64,000 nucleotides of DNA from positions 992,001 through 1,056,000 of the forward strand of contig CDRNST010000218.1 of the NCBI GenBank assembly GCA_977016875.1, given 5' to 3'. Each line of letters opens with the position of its first letter. Positions within the stretch are counted from its first letter, which is position 1. Shown one piece after another: positions 57,901 to 64,000 of this stretch. A model generated the notes under the pieces. It had not been told where the DNA came from. It ran no database searches and saw nothing but the letters and a program-made list of their open reading frames with translations. The stretch comes from Pavona decussata. Taxonomy: Eukaryota. Both the position numbers and the translations under genes were made by a program.

Positions 57901-60900
57901 TAACCACGTGCATGTGAAGCACGGATTTAATCGGATCGTTTGGGGACGCAATGAAAGAAGGTAACTGAAGAAGATCGATATTATTCGCAATGCACTGTTT
58001 TTGATAACAGTTTTAAAGTTAGATGTGAACGTTTGCAGAAGAAAGAAATTGGAAACAAACTCCAATATCACCAGGAAAAAAAGAGGCATGAAGTAATGAC
58101 GTAAAAATAAAATATCTACTTTTCCTGAAACAGCTCAATCCAAATTTTGGGTTACGCTTATGCGATCAGCCTCTCTATTAACATGAAGAGCCATGGTAAT
58201 CACGTTGCAGTCATTCTGATGGCCATTTTCGCAGCGATGGCGAAGGCTGATGGCGAGAAAGTGCTCCAAATTACTGTTTTCGGCGAAATTTATCTCTGAA
58301 AAGAAGTAAACAGGGCTAAACACTAACTTTATGTGGTTTTGAATATATACTCTCTTCTTCAGAACACGATACATTGCACGTCGTTGTATGTTAACAGTCG
58401 TGCTTGTTGTGGTTGCTTTTGCAGTTTCCGTGGTTAGATCACATGCATGCCATATTCAAAGGAGCAAATGTGATCGAAACAGATGTGGTGTTAGCCACGT
58501 CCCCATCATACCTACGGAAAATGACGACACTTGTGAAAAACACTCCTAAAGAGTAAGTAGGTTAGTCTCGCGTCAGTTTCCAAAAAATTGAGGGCTACAA
58601 CGATTGTCATAATTCGTTCGACCACCCGCCCCCTTTCCCCATGTGCAATGTTGGATAGTGCAAGTAACGCGACATCTTTTGCAGGCGGGTGGTGAGAAAG
58701 AGAGGGAGACGCGATCAAGACGGAAGTGTAACAATATATTGTCACTGGTTGTAGCTTAACACGTGTACCTCCTTCTCCAGGGTCCCGTTCCTCGAAGGCC
58801 CGAAAATTTTGTAGGCTTAACAAGTAGTTTGTTATCGATTGGTACAAACTTAGCAACTGTGTTCCATAGAATCACAGATTCTTTTTAAATCTAGCTTTCC
58901 AAATCAATAAAAATTTCATATTTGTTAAGAAACGTTTCCATGAAATAGTTTTCGTGCCGTGCAGTAACTTATTTTCAAGAAACTGGCCCAGGCTCTGAAG
59001 TTCAGAAGCCCGCTGGGTTAAACCAATCTAAATTTGAAGGGTCACGCTGTATTGGGACCTCCGGCAATGGCTGTAAAATGGACTTCGAAGAGAAATTGTT
59101 AAAAAATGGAGCTATGTAATAAATATGAACAATTACTTAGAATAGTTGAAGTAAAATGAAGAACTGTGCACAGCTTGGTCTTGGTCCAATTTCTGAAACT
59201 TGAATTTTGACGGACTGACAGATACTCATGCTTAGAGGCACAAGCTTGGTTAGCCGCTAATTTAGATTCAAACTATCTAAAAAGTCGCGAAAATTCAGTT
59301 GCGATAAAAGTTCCCACTTTCTTTATGAAATTATTTTTGGGTAAATTTCCTACAGTCTGGTAGCTAAAGAAACAAAAACAAAATGAGTTTTAACACAAAG
59401 AACACCAAACGTTATAATGACAAGAGCGCAGAGTCTATGTATGTTCCTAGGAAATCTTTTGTAAACTTGTTAAATGCTTAAATACTTCCTTATGATAATC
59501 GCTAGGTTGCTATCTAACTACGTGGTATGGCAGATGATACGAGATAAAATTAGCTTGTTGTCAAGTCCATTTCGTAAAGCCCGAGCACAGTTTAACGAGC
59601 GCATCACAGGTGTGAAGGACACAGATCCCCGATGGCGTACGTGCACTGGCATAACCAATGACAATATGGGTGTTCCTATTGGCTCGCTTTATATCAAGAA
59701 ATTCTTCGACCAATCGGCGATTGAAAAGGTGTGTTTCTCCGAGTTAATTAGTTTTTGTTACTCCGATTTCTCTGTGGTAACAAAACTCGTCTGCTTGTGA
59801 AAATGTGTCCAAGTGTGTTGAAGCATATTTATCCTGCAAAAATATGTAATAAGGGGGAAAATATTCTTTGGTAACTAAGGTTACGTTCGATTGACCAGAA
59901 TGGACGGAATAGTCTCTGGATTTGCAGTGTCGTTTTGGTTACATTTGGCAAGATTTATCTGCCAAATTTCATTTGTAACTGCGTTTGAAAGGACCACTGC
60001 AACAAAATAAAAGCAAAATGTATAAAAGAACAAGGTTGATTTCACGGCTAGGTAAAGATATTGATTCCAATATTTTGAAAGGCAAGGCCCTTTTTTCACT
60101 GTATTACAGAAACTGGGGGAATGCAATTAGATACCATAAAGTAAAGAAAAAGCTAGCCGGATAAAGTAAGAAAAAAAGCTCGAACAACTCGGACACTTCC
60201 TCTACGCTACCACATCCCTTCTACTACTAGTAATATTATTAGTACTGAACTCTATCAGATGATCTAATACACACGATCGTTACTATGAACAATTTTACGT
60301 TATCAAAAAAACTATCTTCGGATAGTTTTAAACTGCTGGGGGAACCAAAATGGCTCACTCTTTTGGTTAAAGGCCAATCACCAATACTCCAATATTCCGT
60401 CTTCATCTTTCCGGTGCGCCAACGTTTACAAAGCCACACCTCTTGTTGCTTTCCGACGGACTGACAACCTTAGTAATTTGTTAGATAGCGCCAAACTACA
60501 TAACCCCACACAAAATAACCCACCCCGTGTTTTTTTGTTTTTGTTTTTTTTGTTTTTTTGGCGCGGGACAACTACTTTAAAACATGTAACTACATGATTG
60601 ATGCACGTACTAGTTACACATTTCATTCTACCGGCGAAACATCGTATCCCGGTTGACAATTCTAAACATACAGTCTTAGGACATTTTCTTTGTTACTACC
60701 ATGACGCTATACTGACATGCTACTTATTCCCCTCGAACTCATAAAGTCGAGGCCCAGAGGGCTGTGGTGGAGATATTTCGTACCACGAAGAGAAGAATGT
60801 CGAGCCCCCTACTTACCTCAAGGTCTGAATCTGCCAGTGCGGCCAATCAAACGCATACTAAATTTAACGAATGTGATAAAAACAGACTACAACACATATA

Positions 60901-63841
60901 AATGCAACGTTCTGAAGGTTCTTTGTGAGGTCATTCTGACTCAAACGGGAGAAAAGCAACAACTGGGAAAACATTTTAGGGTTAGGTGAGGCATGCATAT
61001 TTAGTTTCAAGATTCAAAAAGGGGATTATTAGACAAGGGGATCTTGTACTCTTGGCTTTACGCGTGCAATATAAGGTAATCCTTTGTGAGAATGTATCTT
61101 TATGCTTTTTTTCTCACTTATCAATCATAATGCTATCTACTTTACAGACTCAGACGATGATCGATGAGATAAAAACGACGTTCAAGAGAAGAGTCAAAGA
61201 GCATGATTGGATAGACGACAGAACAACAAAATCCGTGTTTGAAAAGGCAGGATTATGAACAATACCATAGTCGGGCAATTGTTTTTTTTTTTTTTTTTGG
61301 TTGGCTTGTTTGGCTCTCCTCGATTCCGTTTACCCTGTTTTCGTTAGATCGTAAGTTATGGATACGGAAGCAAAAGAAAAACAAACTCGAATTCTTTTCA
61401 ATCCATCGTCCCCTTACGCCTCTGATTCCGTCACTACAGTAAACCAATAACTTGTGTTTATCTTCTTTTATTGTACCAGGCGGACGCTTTGGGAAGCAAG
61501 ATTGGTTACGCACCATACGTGGTTCGGCCAAACGAGCTCACGTCACGGTTTAAAAACGTAAGTCACTTTTCAATCAATTAAAACCGCTCTGTTCTGGTGT
61601 GAGCAAGCTACAACAATTTTACTAATCGTTGAATTCCGTCTGCATCTCTCGCAGCTCAATATCACGTCGAAAACGTTCTTCCAGAATAACGTGGAAGTGG
61701 ACAAATGGGTTAGACACCGACTCTTTGCCAAACTGAGGAAGGCAGTCGACAAAGAGAAGTGAGTTTTAACAATGCTCGATTACTAGAAGTAAGACATCAT
61801 GGAATCCGCTCAAGTATCAGACGCAAACAGTCTCTGAACTTTTGAAATCATGATGACTGTGATAACACAAAAATCTGAATGAACAGACCCAAAATGTATA
61901 ATGTTGTGTGATTTAAGCTGTTTGTCTCATTTCAGATGGCCCATGTTTCCTCAAACAATCAATGCCATGTATCAGTTCTATGAAAACGAGATTGGTAAGC
62001 AACGTCAGTAAACGAAATGAATTTCTCACGTAGATTCCTAATTAAACTAAAGTCATACGTAGCATGTCATATACAGCAGACAGCACAAACTTTTTTATTT
62101 AAACAATAATTAGTAGACATAGTTTATTTTAGTAAACAATAAACAAGAACCAACTATTGCAACTTTTTGTAGTCAGTATGTATTTGTAACCTATAGTTCC
62201 TTCGTTTTCTGCTTGTAAGCCATTTCTCTCTTGTCATTTTTCAATGCCTCTATGTGTACTTTGTAATTGGTTTATACATACGATGACGTGGGAGTAAACC
62301 TATTGTCGTCGTCATTATCATCATTATCATCCCAGGCTTTGATTGGCTGGCCTATGCACAGTAGCCTAGGAATCATACAATGTCCTCTTGATAACAGGTC
62401 ACCGAGTCCACTCACACTGAATATTCAGTCTTATGATATTTCGTACTACTATCTGGAAAAATAACGAAAGAACCCATCAAAGACGACGTCAGATCGTTTG
62501 AAATTTCCGATGTATTGTTTCTCTTGTCAAGGAAGACACTAATTTTCACTCATTTTGTTTTGTTGTGTTGATAGTTATCCCAGCTGGCATTCTACAGTCT
62601 CCATTTTTTTATTCCGCTGAAATTCCGCGGTAAGCTTGATTGCCCCCCCCCCCCCCGGCACACACACTCACCCACACACACCCATACACGGTCAACATTT
62701 GTTGGCACATTTTAAGGGACACGGGAGCGGATAGAAGGAAGCAAAGGTGTTGACACTTCTTTTCTTGATGTTAAGTCATGAAAAAGCCTAGAAAGTTTCT
62801 AGGAATGTATCTTTACTCGTGGCCAAAACACACACACAGCGACTATTACTGAAGTATCCCAGCTGTACAGAGAATGAAAAAAAAAAAATAAAAAAACATA
62901 ACAGAAATACAAGTACTAACTGTGTGTGGATTTGTCCAGGAACTAAAATAAGATGAACAAAGTTGAACAGTTTTTCAAACAACTCTTCATTGATTCAAAA
63001 CGAGGTTTCCTACGTATATTTAACAAAAGTTAAAGTTTGTTAAGGTTACCATTACGTCTCGGGTAGGTAGATGTTAATCGATGAAGTAATTGTTTCACTG
63101 TACTGCGTCAAAGTAAATTTGCAACAAACTCATGTATATCACTTGCCCGGTTAAAGGTCGTTAAGTTACGGTGCATTGGGATCCATCATAGGACATGAGA
63201 TGACTCATGGATTTGATAACACTGGTTAGTATATGAGTATAAAAATACAAAATACATTTAAGTTGCACTGGACAACAGGCAGCGAGGGAGAATAATCCTT
63301 GGTTAAACATGTTTTGTTATTTATAGGTATCAATAGGTTATTACTTGAAGTTGTTATGTCGTAAATGCTCGCCCCTTTGTAATTTAACGCAGAATATTAT
63401 AAGGGCAAATAATCTTATTAACGTATTCGATACACCAGGGCGAAAATTTGACAAAAATGGAGATATCGTCAAGGAATGGTGGAGCAAGTCGTCACTCTTG
63501 GAATTTCACAAAAGATCAGCGTGTTTTGAAAAACAATATTCTAAGTACAAGGTGCAAGGAAAATACCCGGTAAGAGACTCATGATAACGTAAGGTACATT
63601 ACAGGCGATCATTACCTTTCAACGAGTTAAGTGACATTAAATGAACATGAGCAACACAACACACAGGCCAGCTGTTCATTGTTCAATTGTATTTTGTTTA
63701 TCCTACCTAATCGTCCTTATTGTAGATCCTAAAACAATTCTGCAGTAACCTTATTTTTACTGACTTCTGCTTCAGATTAGTGGGAAAGTCACCCTCGGAG
63801 AAAACATCGCGGACAACGGGGGAACTAAACTCTCATATTAT
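54912..63841 (+). CDS. M13-family (neprilysin / endothelin-converting enzyme-like) type II membrane zinc metallopeptidase; 3' part beyond the window
   Basis: Exons 54912-55580, 56385-56438, 57369-57482, 57725-57805, 58425-58552, 59506-59728, 61148-61246, 61480-61557, 61655-61758, 61936-61994, 62575-62629, 63157-63224, 63439-63569, 63776-63841. N-terminal TM segment, CxxxxC..PCDDFFAFSCGGW, VDQSGL, INAMY, PAGILQSPFF, zinc motif GHEMTHGFD, GENIADNGG. An upstream exon spliced at the 54890 AG cannot be excluded. Confidence 0.93.
56608..56782. mobile_element. MITE
   Basis: ~35-bp TIR TAGAGAGATTTAGAATCACGTTTACGGCAAAC. Confidence 0.8.
56870..57285. mobile_element. Kolobok-like MITE in an M13 intron
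   Basis: GGACAGTGCCTACT start and TTAA on both sides; internally homologous to 39527-39868. Confidence 0.75.
58781..58988. mobile_element. Harbinger-like MITE
   Basis: GGTCCCGTTCCTCGAA / TTCAAGAAACTGGCC imperfect TIR; TSD CAG. Confidence 0.55.
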
Positions 63842-64000
63842 GTAAGTAACACCACTTGCGAAAAGCTTCAAGAGGCTATGTCCTGAGCTGTTTTAAGTAC
63901 CACTTAGAAAAATCAAAAGGATTTGTTTTTAAGAATAAAGCTCTTTTTTCAGTTTTTTTCCCCTTTCTTTTTTTTTTTTTTTTGTTTCAAATCATTAGCA

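Overview
Eukaryotic, intron-rich, AT-rich animal genomic DNA. The gene and repeat content suggests a cnidarian, probably a stony coral (inference). Three host genes can be rebuilt exon by exon: (1) a complete 21-exon Tec/BTK-family tyrosine kinase (PH-BTK-PRR-SH3-SH2-kinase, ~639 aa) on the minus strand, 23053..1483; (2) a 3-exon arfaptin (AH/BAR domain, ~362 aa) on the plus strand, 33702..38920; (3) an M13 neprilysin/ECE-like zinc metallopeptidase on the plus strand from 54912 that runs off the window end, with 14 exons visible and two GC-AG introns. The rest is dense with mobile DNA: a decayed BEL/Pao LTR retrotransposon; a hAT transposase relic split by a partial-tandem Neptune-type Penelope element with a hammerhead ribozyme motif; a second Penelope-like element that appears to lack its endonuclease; Helentron-type non-autonomous elements, including a four-level nest just upstream of arfaptin; TIR elements with 9-10 bp TSDs; and many MITE, SINE and LINE fragments. 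The most unusual signal is a set of sequence-unrelated non-coding elements that share one topology: a terminal palindrome plus an internal site complementary to the joined element ends. No rRNA, bona fide tRNA or CRISPR was found. All calls were made by eye without database searches.
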